Origin: Lama glama
Lineage: Eukaryota
DNA: 64,000 nucleotides
Assembly: GCA_028534125.1 (NCBI GenBank)
Contig: CM052816.1
Location: forward strand, 38,008,001 to 38,072,000
Reading direction: 5' to 3'
Shown here: positions 24,765 to 38,521 of the stretch, one piece after another
How the letters are laid out: the number at the start of each line of letters is the position of its first letter
How positions within the stretch are numbered: position 1 is the stretch's first letter
Notes under the pieces: generated by a model
What the model was told of the DNA's origin: nothing
Database searches by the model: none
Seen by the model: only the letters and a program-made list of their open reading frames with translations
Position numbers and translations under genes: made by a program

Positions 24765-25260
24765 CACTTGGGAAACTGGCAGACTCTGATTCAGCAATCC
24801 CTCCCCTATATATACCCAACAGAAAATATATGCACCAAAAAGGCACGTCCAAGATTATTTATAGGAACATTACTTATACTAATCAGAGAGTGAAACAATC
24901 CAAGTGCATATCTATGAAAGAATAGGTAAATTGTGACATAATCATATGAAACATCCTTATCGAGGAATGAAAATAAACTATTGTTAAACACAACAAGTAT
25001 GAATATTACAAACCTAATATTGAAGTAAAAATACCAGATACCAGTTAACTCCTATACAGTTAAAAAACAATACAAAAACCAGTCACAACTAATCTATGTA
25101 GTTTTAGGTCAGAATAATGGTTATCCTTGAGGATTAGGGAGTATAACACCTAAGAATGTTGTACAAGGAAGTCTAAGATATTGGTTAATATTCTATTTCT
25201 TTAGTGGTGACAATTTGGATTTGTGAACTTGGTGAAAATTTAAGCAACCATACAGTACTT
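24765..25260 (+). mobile_element. Older L1 3' end (L1ME/MD-like)
   Basis: 'cagcaatccctcccctatatatacccaacagaaa...caactaatctatgtagttttaggtcagaataatggttatccttg'. Confidence 0.75.
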
Positions 25261-25639
25261 ATCAAAGTATGCAAGGACATACTCAAGAAACATAGCATTC
25301 CAGTCTTCCAAATGAGGAAAGACTTCTTACCCTTGATACCAAATCCATGCAATATCATAAAGCACATTTACTAACCAGCATCATTTTTCAAATAAAAAAA
25401 TTAGTCAATAAACCAACAATATACATTTATATATGTATAATATATATTTAATAAATAGTATATTAAACATTTAGATAAACAATATTATATTAATATGCCA
25501 CATATAATATACTTTTTAAGATAGTATTTAACTTAGCAGGAGAGGGGGAGGGAGAAAATATTTGAAAGTGGATTAATAAATGGTTTGGTTTACTGGAATG
25601 TGTGGCAGACACGCTAAATAGCATTAAAGATAGGGATTT

Positions 25640-25810
25640 GATGAAATGAAGAACTATCTAAAGATATGAACCAGAATACAACACAGAGCAGCCACAAGAT
25701 TAAAACTAAAGAACTCAGGAGACACAGAGGATAAAATGAGAGAGTCTAATATTCATCTCTCCAAAGATAATATACAGAATAAGAGAAATGCATTATTTAA
25801 ATAATATATT
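25640..25810 (+). mobile_element. Ancient L1/HAL1 ORF1-like fragment
   Basis: 'ccagaatacaacacagag...gagacacagaggataaaatgagagagtctaatattcatct'. Confidence 0.45.
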
Positions 25811-27711
25811 TGCATAATGTGTTTTACAACAATCTCTTGTGAGCTTCTTTAGCTCAATAACAAAATTGGTTTTCTGTGTCTTCACAAGTGAAGGGAGGAC
25901 CCATGGATACACTGATCCAATTGTTGGGCTAATGTTGAGAGATAAGCCAGGCCTATGGGACCTAAGACACCTGAGGTGACATTAATGTCTCCAGGCATCT
26001 TCGAACTAAAGCAATCATGTTCTTTTATTTGCACTGGGGAAGAATATACCAGGAAATCATTCAAATAGTGGGATAAGATGATGGCTAATACTACAATGAG
26101 TTTTTTACTCAAATATTTTTACCAGATAGCTTATATGTTCCTTATAAATTCTCTAATCTTAGATAAGATAATAATGGCATCTTAATAAATAAAGTATTAA
26201 TATATATGGCTAAATAGCATATCTAGTACTTCTATGTCTAATTTAATATGTTCTAACAAATTCTTTAAAGTATATTAAAAAAATTTACTTTAGTGCTTAA
26301 GTCACATTTTTTTTTCTCTTATTGAATATGACACTTTTAGAGCAAGAAAGAAACAATGCTCTTCGTGGAAATAAATGTTACGATATATTTAACTAGAGAA
26401 AACAAAATAGATTTTGTCAGCTTCGAAAAGTTATAGTACATGTTTGTTTTATAAAGCTACCACCTACAATAGGATAGAAAAACAAATCTAATGGAATTGC
26501 AGTAAGATGAAGAAGATTAATAAAAGGGCTTTTAGTTGTCAAGTGTTAGAACTGAAGTTGCAGTATTTATTTAATGAAATAGGGATGGTCTTAACCAATT
26601 GCAAAAAGTGAGATCAACCTCATAGACATAGCAAAATTAGTCTCACCTGAGAATCGCAGTGTTTCAGTTAGGAAGAGAAGCAGCAGTAGGTGCACAGTTA
26701 TTCTGAGGGAGAAGACACCACAAAAAAAATCAAAAATTAACCCTATTTAATGTTTAACACACCAGTGATCTGTAATAACATCAAATGCACAGTACTATTC
26801 AGTCACTCACTGAGATCATCAACAGTAGGGCCTTCAGGTAGTCCAAAATATAATCTCGTTCTTTGGAGAAAACATTTTCAAAAACTATGCTCTCTGATCA
26901 TGCAATTTATTTTTAATTTTATTTATCATAATTTTTTTTGAAATTTAGAAAACTGTGGATTTTTATACACATTATATTTGTTAAACACACATCTATGTGT
27001 GTGTGTACGTGTGTGTGAGAGAGACAGAAAGATACTACCTATATAAAAGACTTAGTAATTAATAGGTAAAAAGCACATATGAGAAGTATATCATATTATT
27101 TACTAATTTCAGTTTTTACTTTGTCAACAATAATAGTCACTAGCAGAAACAAGACAAATTGAAAACGAGCATTTTCAATTATTTTGAATGTTGTTTTCTT
27201 TCAGAATTTAATATATTTTCAAGAGCAAACAACATATGCTATCACACTTTCTTTTTCTTGTTGAGTTCTCATTTTTGATTCCCCAAAGGTGAGACAGAGG
27301 AAGAATCGCACTTCCGTTGGAAACACAGATACCAGGAAAAACATGTATTTCCTTCTTAAGACTCCTTATTCTCTAAGTACTTAGGAATGCTTTCATTTAT
27401 TTTGAGCTTTTCAAGCCCAATAACCTTTTGATTTCATTAAATGTAATGCTGATTTCCATTTTAGATGAATGAATTTGAAATTACTAACATGTCGGAATAA
27501 GCTGGCAGGGTAAACAACTTTGCTTACATACATTTAAACTGCTTTTTAATTAAAGCAACTCTTAATTGTGGTACTCATTAGAATGCGAAGTGAAACAACA
27601 GAAAACCTATGAGCTTTCTTAGTTGAACTAAAAGTTTAATAGAGATGTGTTATTAAATGTTTTCGTATTTTGACATTTCAGGTAAATATACACACAATCA
27701 CATAAATCATT

Positions 27712-30700
27712 TTTCATTCATTCAACAAAAACAACATACACATAAAAAAAATCTCAAAAACTATTAAGGGCTATGAAGAAAAATGAATGCAGTGTGACAC
27801 AGAGGGACATGGGATGGACTTCCAGATCGGGTAGTAAGAGAAGGTCTCTCTGAGGAACTGACATTGAGCCAAAACTTAATGGAGTGAGGGGTAAGCCATG
27901 TGGATTTCTGGAGGAAGAACATGATAGCAGAAAGGACAGAATGTACAAAGCTCTGGAACAGGGACTTCACAGTACGTTTGAGGGTAAGGTTGGAAGCCAG
28001 GGTACCAGACGCATGTTAAGAAAAGGTGAAGATGGTAACAAATGAGTGTGAAGAGGTAGTAAGGGACTAGATTTAGTTGGATTTTATAGGAATTAGGAAA
28101 GAATTTAGATTCTGTTTTGTATGGTGGCAAATGCTGGATAAATCCTAGAGTATGATTTCAGACAAGTTTGGAGAACAAGCAAGTCTAATTCCTCAGTCCT
28201 TGGTTAAGGAAAGATAGACTAGGCCGTGAGATAAAAAGTCTGAAGATGAGAAAAGACAATTTTGTTCACTCCTAAAGATTATATGGTGTCCCCTAGCAAA
28301 CACATTTCTGTTTCTACGATTGAAGTGATAACTCTAGCCCAGGTGAAGGAACAGAGATAAGTATCCTAAACCATTATATGCTGGGCTCCTCCAACTTCCT
28401 GAAGCTATTGGTTTGATTGAAGATTGTTAAACACCTAGGAGGAGTGTTATGACTCTAAGTAATTCATTAATATTTTAACTTTCAACTTGGCAAAGATTTC
28501 TACGACCCTAAAGCTTGCAGTCAGATCTCTTATACTATGATTCTCATCTTTCTACTGTGAATCCTGACTCTGCTGACCTCTTCATGAATCATTTAGACAA
28601 ACCTTGTTTAACTTGGCTAAATTACGTCTGTGTCTAATTCATCTATCGGTATGTACTTACTATTCACATGTGTTAATATAGTCATCCGACAAGAAGCCAT
28701 TGAAGGCAGTTAAGCTGGGAAGAAACATAATCTGACTCACATTTTTAAAAGAGTATATAATGAAAATAATGAAAAGAGTAAGAACAGAAGCATGAACACA
28801 AGTAAAGGCTTTATTCTAATATAAAGGCAAGAAGCAATGGAGCCTGGATAAAAATGACAGTGGAGGGAGTGGGGATGAGTAGTGGTCAGATTTAAGACAC
28901 CCTGTGAAGGTAGAACTAACGTATCTTCTAATGACAAATATGGAGGATGAATATAAGAAAGAGGCAAAAGACAACTCCAAAGTTTTTGGCTTGAACAATT
29001 TGGTGAATGATTTTAATATTTACTGAATTGTGGTATATAACACAGGAGAAGTGGGTTTGGGTAGCCAAAAATCTGGTTTAGGGAATTTTACGTTTAAGGT
29101 CCTAGTGAGATCTGAATAGAAACATCAATAAGTCAATTGGATAAGGAAGTCTGTATTTCAGGGGGAAAGCTGAATGTGGAATCATAAATTGGTCTGCCAT
29201 CATTTTACACATGGCAACTACAGTTATGGGATATAGTTGTGACTATAGAAGGATAAAGAAAATATTCTTCAACAGAAAGTTGGAGTAGTCCAACTACTAG
29301 AGATGACAAAAGAAGAATTATCCAGTAAAGATAACTCAGAAGGAATGGCCAGTGAAGAAGAAACACACATACAAACGAATGTGTCACAGTAGCTGAGTGA
29401 ACCAAGTGCTTCAAGAAAGAGTGATTATATGCTTCTGCAGACTTAGAATGTCAGGTAAGATAAAACAAACTGAGATAAGATAGTGAAAATTGGCCACTGA
29501 ATACCTGAAGGTAGAGGTAATTGGTGACACTGACAGGAGTAGTTTCAATAGAATCAAATTGGGTTGTCTTCAAGAGAGTAAGGATATTGAGAAAATCAGT
29601 CCAATGTATTTAATTTTTCTGTAACCTGAGACCAAATGCAATTCTAAGTACTGCTAAGAGCAACTGGTTGGGATGGAGAAGGAGAAGGGTGGTTAGCAAA
29701 GAAAAAATGTAGCAAAAATACTCTGAAGGGAAATGTAGTATTTGTCTCTGAGGACTCTCTTAAGCTTTTGTGGTCATATTTAGAGTGAGATCAGTCATAT
29801 TAATGTGTGTGTTAGTAACTTCAAAGGGAAGGAGATCAACAGTGAATTATTGGCTTCAGTGGGTAGAGGTCATGGTAGAATCAAAGAATTTGGAGCGGTG
29901 GAGTTCTTGAAGAGTTTATATTTTAATATGAAAATATGAGCTAGACACAGGCATGTTTTTAATTAAGATTTTGGAGGTGGTCCAGACACTGGTAATAACA
30001 ATGTCTAGAAAGAATGATGATGGACATGGGTAATTGAGGTGAAGTGTAGGACAAAATTACTGGAGGTAAGGAAAGTACAGAACTAAAATTCTAATGCATT
30101 GCAAATATTATCTATATAGATAGTGATTCACAACATTAAGAATAATAATATAAGTATTGGTGGAAGAAAGGTAATGAACAAGTTGATAAGACATCAGTGA
30201 TATTTTTGGTAGGTATTTAAAACCATTAGGAAAAAAACATTCCTGTATGCTTCTGACACATTTTAAACAGATTGTTGTTCATTTGTTTGTATTAAAGAGG
30301 GATGACAATCTACCCTAACTCCAGGACCACGGCTGCTTGAGGTATGAGTGAAAGACTACTTAAGAGCCCTGCTGTGGAAGCAGTATGCTTAGGTAATGTC
30401 TAGATTTCAGTTAGAAAGACAAGTGGAAGAAACGTTGAGACACGACGAGGGTGCAGGGGATTTTCTGTGTTCAGTGGTCACCAAAAGAGTTTATATTGTG
30501 AGAGAATGAGTCATTTCACTGTATGTAAAGAGTCTTGTATCTTCAAGAATTTAGATGATTAAGGAAGAACTAAGTGGATTCTGACGTAATTGAGATAGAG
30601 AGTATGTGGATTAATTTTGATGATGTTTTCTGGGAATGTGATAATCAGCCTTAGTTGTGGTCTTCTGTGGCTCAGTCTTTCAGGAAGTTTTAGTTCTGGA

Positions 30701-30770
30701 ACAAGAAGTGTCGGGGATCAGAAGCGATGGTAGTTTCACCATATGCGTGAAGGATTCTCAGATTCCCCCA
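27712..30770 (-). mobile_element. Long L2 LINE, interrupted by an LTR at 28132-28691; distal boundary approximate
   Basis: Tail 'ttcattcattcaacaaa' at 27713, then 'gaaggtctctctgaggaactgacattgagc' and 'aagacaactccaaagtttttggcttgaacaa'. Purine-rich antisense ORF2 remnant continues past 30400. Confidence 0.85.
28132..28691. mobile_element. 560-bp solo LTR-like insertion, family not assigned
   Basis: Starts TGCTGGAT and ends ATCCGACA (imperfect inverted ends, TG...CA). It splits the L2 motif 'tgg(g)aa|gccattg(g)agg'. Confidence 0.7.
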
Positions 30771-31209
30771 CCTTCAATCTTCTGTGGTAGGAGGCAGTTT
30801 CATCAGCAGCGTGGGTCCTCTGTGGGACCTCTGTAATCCCAAAGTAAACTCTACCTCCCAATACACTGCCTCTCCTTGTATTATGCTAGACATCAGACTC
30901 GAACACAAGTTCATTATCCCCCATCTTTTAAGGGAAAAATAAAAAGTTTGCCTCATACTGTAAGGCAGAATTATGATAAGGGGAGGAATCCTCATGATGA
31001 ATTAGCTTTTTGGTGGCTTGCCTAAAAAAAAAAAAAAAGATCATATTTGTTTTCCCCAGTGAATGGAAGAATACAAATGGAAGGAGAACACAATGTCCTG
31101 GAAGCCAATATTGAAATGGTAAAAAGTGATAAATATTAATGAGTTTAAGTACAATGCAGTTTCAAAGTGCTAGTCGGATTTAATGACAATTTAAAAATCC
31201 TCATATTAT

Positions 31210-31490
31210 TCCTTTAATGTTTCAGAGAATGATATTCCAGTGTGATATTCCATAAAAAATGGTTTCTACGGCCAATTCATTTTGGGATACCTGATGTAAT
31301 ATATGCATCTCTCGGATTCAGACAGTTTAAGTTACTGTAGTAATAGTATCTGAGAATTCCTGCTGTAAAGAAACTCATTTGCCTTTGTTTAACCAAGAGT
31401 TTCCCAACGTAGTTGATCCATAAAACTGTGTTTGTGTGTGTGCCAGTGTGTGTGTGTGTGTGTGTAAATATTTACTGAAATTCTGCAGAG
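31210..31490. mobile_element. Charlie4-like hAT DNA transposon remnant with an internal (TG)n at about 31427-31464
   Basis: 'tctgagaattcctgctgtaaagaaactcatttgcctttgtttaaccaagagtttcccaa'. Confidence 0.65.
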
Positions 31491-34400
31491 ATATTGTCCC
31501 AGTATTGCCTCCTACTTATCTACGAGGCTGTTGTTTCTCTACCTACAATCAAAATTCAAACATATGGTAGGTGTTGCAGTTAGTTTTTGACCCACCCAGG
31601 CACCATGTCTGTGCATAGAGCTTTTCAACTTAAACATTTGTGATGTCATCTAATGAAGGTGAGGTTCAAAGTATAAGTTCAGTTAAACCTGAATTTTATA
31701 TTTAAGAGGACACTGCTAATTGACATCTAACAATTTAAACATCTGACTATGTTATAGAATATACTATGCAAATACCCATGTGAACTTTTAAGATTTTCAA
31801 AACAAAGAGTATTAAAATTACCTTTGAACTAAAGATAAATGTATAATGTCTCTTGATAATGTATGAAGAATCATGTGTGATTCTGGTTTCCAAAGTCCTA
31901 GCATTTTAAATGAGAGATTGTTGAAATCATCAGCATATACTTTGTTGCCTTCTTTATCCCTGGGCATTGAGAAATAAAGTCTTTGGTTTTTCAATGGTCT
32001 ACTAATCATAACACATATCTATTAATGTAGATACACAGTTTTTACTTTACTTTTGAAAATTGCTTTTCTTTTGAGACCAAAATAAGATCTCAAATAAAGC
32101 AAGAGCAAGAGACAATTTTATACATCAGTGATATTCATCACTTGGGAGTGCAGATCCCTTTGCATTTCTTTCAAACAAAAATAATCAAACTTTTTCTTTA
32201 GATCATTCATTGGAAAATTCTCATAATGATATCCTCCATTCAGGGATGGAAATGATAAGATAATATCCACTTATTATAATAATGACTTTCAACAAGATAG
32301 CATTCCAAAACTTAATGGCTCAAGCAAACATTAAGCGTATAATTTTAGCAAGCAACTATATGGCATCAGAAGAACAAGTATATACAAATTACCCAATATA
32401 ACCGTTTCATGTACAATGCAGTAGACAAAGCATGGATTAGGCCTTCAAAATGCATAAAACATGAACAATAGCACAATATGGTGAAATCAAATAAAATGAA
32501 ATAAAACTTACACCAATAATAAGTTTTATAATTATACAGACATTTCGAGTGGCTTACTATGGAGAGAAATATGTACACACATGCACACATACATTTTACT
32601 AATAAATCTTCAGGTAAATGACAATAATTATTACTTTATAAGGCTTTTAAATGGGTGTGGTGAATCTACCATGGTTAGCAGACTCATACTCAATTAGTTG
32701 GCCTTTGACCTCAACATATTAAAAATTTATAAAACTTGAATGATTATTCCAATTTGTCACATACTTGGTTTCTCAAGTGAAATATAACTTGTATCAAGCT
32801 TAAGTTAAATGTATAGTTACCGACGAGAGATGAGCATTTAATAATGTTTCAAGTCTTTTAGTATTTACTGTTTTGTGATGGCCTTCAAAATAAATAGCTA
32901 TAAGAGCAAAATTGTATCACATTTTATACAATAAAATCCATCAGCCATGCTCTTATTCACTGTGCAATTCAAGTGTATCTCACTACATGAACTATTCATA
33001 GTTTTGGCATCATGTTATCTATCAATTTGAAATAGGTTACAGACGAGAAAATAGAGATATTCTGTGCTCCAACTTCCATTAAGTTTTGTATTTCTGGAGG
33101 ACATGCTCACTGAGAGCTAAATTCATACAGCAATCAATAACTTTCATGTCCCCTCTATCCTTTCTCCATTTCATTCCGAAGTTTATATTTATTTAGTATA
33201 TTATTTAGACAGTAAAAATATTATTCTGAATTAATGTTGGAAAATATGTTATCTAAACAATTTGATGTTAAGTTCACTTTGACAGCTTTCAAAACAGAAC
33301 ATGTAAGTATTTACTGAGAAAATGAACAGAAAATATTGCCATTTCTAATCCTACATGGGTCAAAATACAGCTTTCTTGATCTCATATGAAGAGCTGTAAA
33401 ATAGAAATACTATTGCTAGCTAATAATATCTACATTAATATATAAAATATGATGCACATTAATAAAATGTAATGTACAATTATATTATACACTATAAAAC
33501 TGACCAACATTCCCAGCTATCTATACTATAATCCATATATTATATAAAATATGATTTGATAAAATTTAGATATTTTTCTCCTAAATTGTCTGCCCAGATA
33601 CTCTGTTGCTGTGAAGTGAAGAGAGATTTTTTTCAAGTGTACGTCTTCTTATAATGTAATAATATAATTTACTCACATTACAGTTTTTCCTTCAGGTGCT
33701 GAAAATCCACAAATGCTATTGTGTTGTCAACACCTGGAGGGAGGAGAGATGTTGTCTGAACACAAACTCTACATTAAAGGTTTATGTCTGAAAATACAAA
33801 GAGACAAACTGATACAAAATACGCAGGTTTGCTGATAAAGCATCTGCTCCCTGCCATCACTCTTCGATGGTATAATTGATTTGAGGAACTTGATTACTGC
33901 CTGCAGTGCTGAGTAAATGATCAAGCACAGCCGCTTTTATTTCCATGCTTCACACTTACAGTTGAATGGTCACGGTTCCACTCTCATCCCAGTACCCTCC
34001 ACTCCTTCCAATAAAATATCCCAGCTTAATTATTTTAAATATATTTTTAGTGTTTAAAAAATCTTAATTATCAAGAATTATTTGAAAAGTACTTAGGGAC
34101 ACTATTCCAGTGGTATTTTCACCTTTTAATCCCTTCTCAGACTATGGCAATTGAGCAAATAAACGCAAAACCACGTGCCAGGATTGACTTTGAGAAGTCA
34201 CGGGTTTCATCTGCCCATTCCACATTGAACCACTGCAAACAGAGAAGTCAGTGAACAATTATTTTAAAAATAATGGGGGTCACAGTAGGAAACAAATACA
34301 AAATTTAGTGACATCAGGAAAGGAGTAAAAAATACAATTCCTGAGCAAAATAGGGCATCATCAAAGGACTCAGCATTCCATCGTCAAAACCCAGTGAGCA

Positions 34401-35728
34401 TTTTACTTTGCAGGTTCAAGTATAACATACCTTATATCTCCTTTCCAGATATTTAAAGTTAGAGTATTCAGTTCTGTCTACAGGGCTTGAAAAAAAGTCT
34501 ACACATTTACACTTTAATGTTTGTAAGTCAATAAAAATGAAAGCGAGTTTCACCAGTATTACTTTTACTTTATTTGATTGAATCACTTCAATGGCATCTC
34601 ACAATTTTACAACTCAACTGACTGAGAGAAAAAAAAATGATGCAGCTTGTGGCACATTAACCTTCTTTCATTTTCAAGCACAACTCTGCTTTTGCATGAA
34701 ATCTTGCCTGCTTTAGTTTGTTTTTGTTTTCTCAGTTCTACAAAAATAAAACGAATATATTTTGAAGGAAGACTATATATAACTGTATAAAGATTTCCAT
34801 GTGCATTCATGTTAGTTGAATGTATGCTCAATTAATTTATATGGCCAAATGGAGGGCTGCATATTCAGATTAATTTAGTTCTCTATTTTTAAAAAATTGA
34901 GATTGAATAGTATGTCTTTTCCTTTGTGTGTCCTGAATTTGTTCCACCTCCCTTCAATGGAAGAATCTCATTTTGTCCTTTATTTCAACCTAGAGGGTAG
35001 TAAGTCACTCCCTTAGGTATAATAACCAAGGCACTAACTGTGATTCAGTTAGCAAGATGGTAATAATGATAACAATATTTCAGAGTCTTTTTTCCCTAGA
35101 GACTCTCAAAGACACCACCAGTACTTACTCTCCCACATTATAAGTTTCATGAACTGTACCTGAAGGTTTAAATGTACCCTAAGCTGAAAAGTATTTTTTT
35201 AAAGTGGCACCTTGTTATTATTATAGCATACATCTATTCCCTGCATGCCTTTGCAGTTGTCTCTGCTTATGACAACAAGTTTTTACAACTGTCAGCAAGT
35301 GCTAGCACAACTGGGAAAGGACAAGTTAGAATGTCTTGTACTTCATGTATCAACAATATTACTACCCATATCCCTTTGCTGTGGATAGTTAGGGAGGAAA
35401 CATATGCTTAGCAGAGTCACGTGGTGCCTGGAAAAATTATCAGGATCATGAAAGCGGGGACAGATCTGAATGCTGTCAGGCTGTTTCATTTTATAAGACA
35501 AATCTGGCATGTCATTTTTGCTCAAAGCAATATGTCTCGCTGGTGTTCCTGGATCTGTATTTACTAGATATATTTGTGTACCAGACAACAGTGAACAGCA
35601 TCTCTTTAAGATTTCCTCTCTCATTCATTTGCTCTATGGGATGGAATGAAGGTCCACAATAATCAAAATAAGAAAATAGAGGTTTTGAAACAGCTCATCT
35701 TTGATCAAAATTAGTTTTATTCAATTGC

Positions 35729-35866
35729 TTTTTTATTTGTTTTTTTGTTTGTTTTGGGGGTCAGGTTTATTTATTTATTCACTTATTTTAACGGAGGTAC
35801 TGAGGATTGAACCCTGGACCTTGTGTGTACGAAGTGCGCACTCTACCACCAAGCTATAATGTCCCC
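35729..35866 (-). mobile_element. tRNA-derived SINE of camelid type (Vic-1-like)
   Basis: Reverse complement reads GGGGACATTA-TAGCTTGGTGG (A box)-TAGAGTGCGCAC...GGTTCAATCC (B box)-TCAGTACCTCC, then an AAAT-rich linker, CCCCC and an A-rich tail. Confidence 0.85.
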
Positions 35867-38521
35867 TAAATGTTGTTCTCAGAATGACTGAATGAATGTC
35901 TGATAAAAGATGAAGAGTAAAGCAGAGGTTAACATGAGGTATTAGGAGTACGGAGCACCTTTCTCGTATCAGAAATCTTGGCTGACTCTGGAAATAATGG
36001 TCAAAAATATGTTTGGGGGTATTAAAGTCACAAGGGAAGAAGCATATCAAATTGAAGTATAATTAGATCATTTTCAATATTAGTCTGTTTTGACTAACCA
36101 TCATTATAGACTTTAAAAAATCAGGACAGCAGTGAAAGCATTTTTTAAATGATAGTTTTCCTTTAATGAAGTATTGAACTGGACAACTTGCACATGCATG
36201 TGGGCAGGCACCTGTAAGCAACATGTAAGCTCATATACCACAATTACATGTATGAATACAAGGCAGTGATCCAGAAGGAGATAAGAGAATGAATAATAAG
36301 AACGACTGAAATCTTATTCTCTCTGAAATAGTTCTGAACATCACAGCCTAAATATCTGATTCTTATTAAGCAAGGAAAACTGAGTATGTCCATTGTTGAC
36401 AAGGTCAGTACCTTCGTTTTCAATAGTAATGGAATTGCGGGCAGTATTTTGTATGACTACTCAGCTCTCCTTCACAGAACGGGGAGCACAATGATGGATT
36501 CATCGATGTTTTTATTACTTCAGATCATCTCAGATATTCACGACCAATTTTCCCCCCCATGAACTTTATCTTCCCTCATGTTCACAAAATGCCATGTCAA
36601 GCTTTTTCAACAAATTGGCTCTAAAACCTTTTCTAGATTTTTATTGCAAATAAGAGATGCTTATAAAATAAAGGCAGTAAATTAAATATATATATTTCAA
36701 AGTCCCTGTGTTGATATACAATAATAAAAATGTATTCAGTTATCAGAATATAAAACTTTTCCTTATCACAATTTCTTAATTTTAAGCTCCAATGATTGTT
36801 ATTATTATGGCACATGAGATACGTGAAACATGCTCATTTGCATCAACTGCTTCTCAAAACCCCTCTATGGTACAATTTAGTCACACTCCACACACAGAAG
36901 AAAGTACTGCCTGAGGATGTCAGATGATGTCACAAAATCATTACAGCTTTAAAACTAGTTGATTATATTGATCACTGTTATAACTGTAGAAACTGCAATC
37001 TTGGTTTAAGAGAGGAAACCTATGAGATTAAAGATTTATGAAAGGTAGGGTACATTTACTCCAAGTTATGTTTTCTGAATATAGTCCCAAATAAAACTGC
37101 AGTTTTCTCGGGACTGTAGAAACTGAGAGACGTTGTTTGGGGCTATTAACAGCACGTCTGGAGGCACAGCCTTGCTTTCTTCTGCCTTGACTAACCATAC
37201 TTAGGCCAGTGTTTAAACAAGGATTTTAACCTGACTGACTGTAACAGCTCCCAGTGAACTATTATGAACTATCGCTGAATTCCTCCTCGGTTCTCAGACA
37301 ACTGGCCTGGAACACTAAGATACTTGAGCCTTTCATACCCATCTATCTGTTATTACTCTGATCACCTTTTTCACAGGACTAAAGCCCGTATGTAATCTTT
37401 AATAAGTATTCAATGATTATACCCTATGGAGCATTCATGTGTAAAACACTTTTCCAGACATTTTTAAAAAGGGCTGCTGAATTTATGAATAAGCTCACAC
37501 ATGCCCATTTGTAAGAGACTGTCCTTAGGGATTTCATTCTGTAAAGATTAGAAGGCAAAGCTCCTAACTAAAGAACCTCTTGTTTTGGGCAGTTGTTTTC
37601 TAAGTTTAACACACACACAAAAAAATGAAATTCAGTTTCACAAGTGACTCAGGTAGTCACTGGTTTTGAATTCATCTAAATAGACATTTCCTAAAAATGA
37701 GTAGGCTTGTTTAAAAAATGCTTTAACATATTATTATCCTAGCCACGGTCAGAATCTTCGCCCCAGTCTTTCCAAGACATTTGAGCTTAATTTAAAAGTA
37801 AATATTAATATAATCTGGCTTAAACTGAAAGGTAGCAGGTACATTTTAAACCTCATAAGAAGATTTGGGAGAGGGGAGGGACTTACTATGTAGTGATTAA
37901 ATTACTTGGAAACTCAACACTTTCTCCTCCAATTGTGCACTGCAGGCTATGGATAGGAGAGTAGGCTGAAGCCCGGTACGTGGAGCTTGGCTCTTCTGCT
38001 CTTTAAGAGAACAGTTCTGCCAATAACTGTTTAATGTAGCGAGTTTACATTTAAATTTCACTTGAATTCTTCCAGAAAATCTTTATTTAAAACCTGCATC
38101 TGTACATGTGCATTCAGTAGTTTCTTTTAATTATGAATAATTTGGAGAAATGTTTTCTGTTCACAATTTATAGATGGAAATGACCAGTTTTAGCACTGCA
38201 GTTTTAATGGATGCTATACAAAAATAAGTGATGACAATCACAATGGATTACAATTTTTTTAATTTAACCTTGTTGTTTAAATTTTTTTTTGCTACTTGGT
38301 TAGACTATTGTCAGAAGTCTCTTCATAATTTTACTAATAAACAAATAGCTTTTAAAAAGATGCCATAAGGAAAATAGTCAGCTAGCACTGTAATATACCT
38401 AAGCTATTTCATATGTCTTACCTTGACGAACCTTGCAATCATATGCGATCAGAGTTAGATTCATGTAAAGACGTATAATAATACAGGGGTATATTTCACA
38501 GGATTCAAATGAGTGCTATAG

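Noticed and set aside
25880..26110. Possible exon or ORF in a GC-richer patch
   Set aside because: Weak splice sites, no phase-compatible partners and no recognisable peptide.
27250..27690. Other AG|GT juxtapositions (aaag|gtgaga at about 27288, tcag|gtaaat at 27681; also about 32613 and 56414)
   Set aside because: Short or interrupted pyrimidine tracts, expected by chance in 64 kb of AT-rich DNA, and much weaker than the 14776 site.
35790..35866. tRNA gene
   Set aside because: It has A and B boxes but poor acceptor and anticodon stems and a SINE-type tail, so it is a tRNA-derived SINE.
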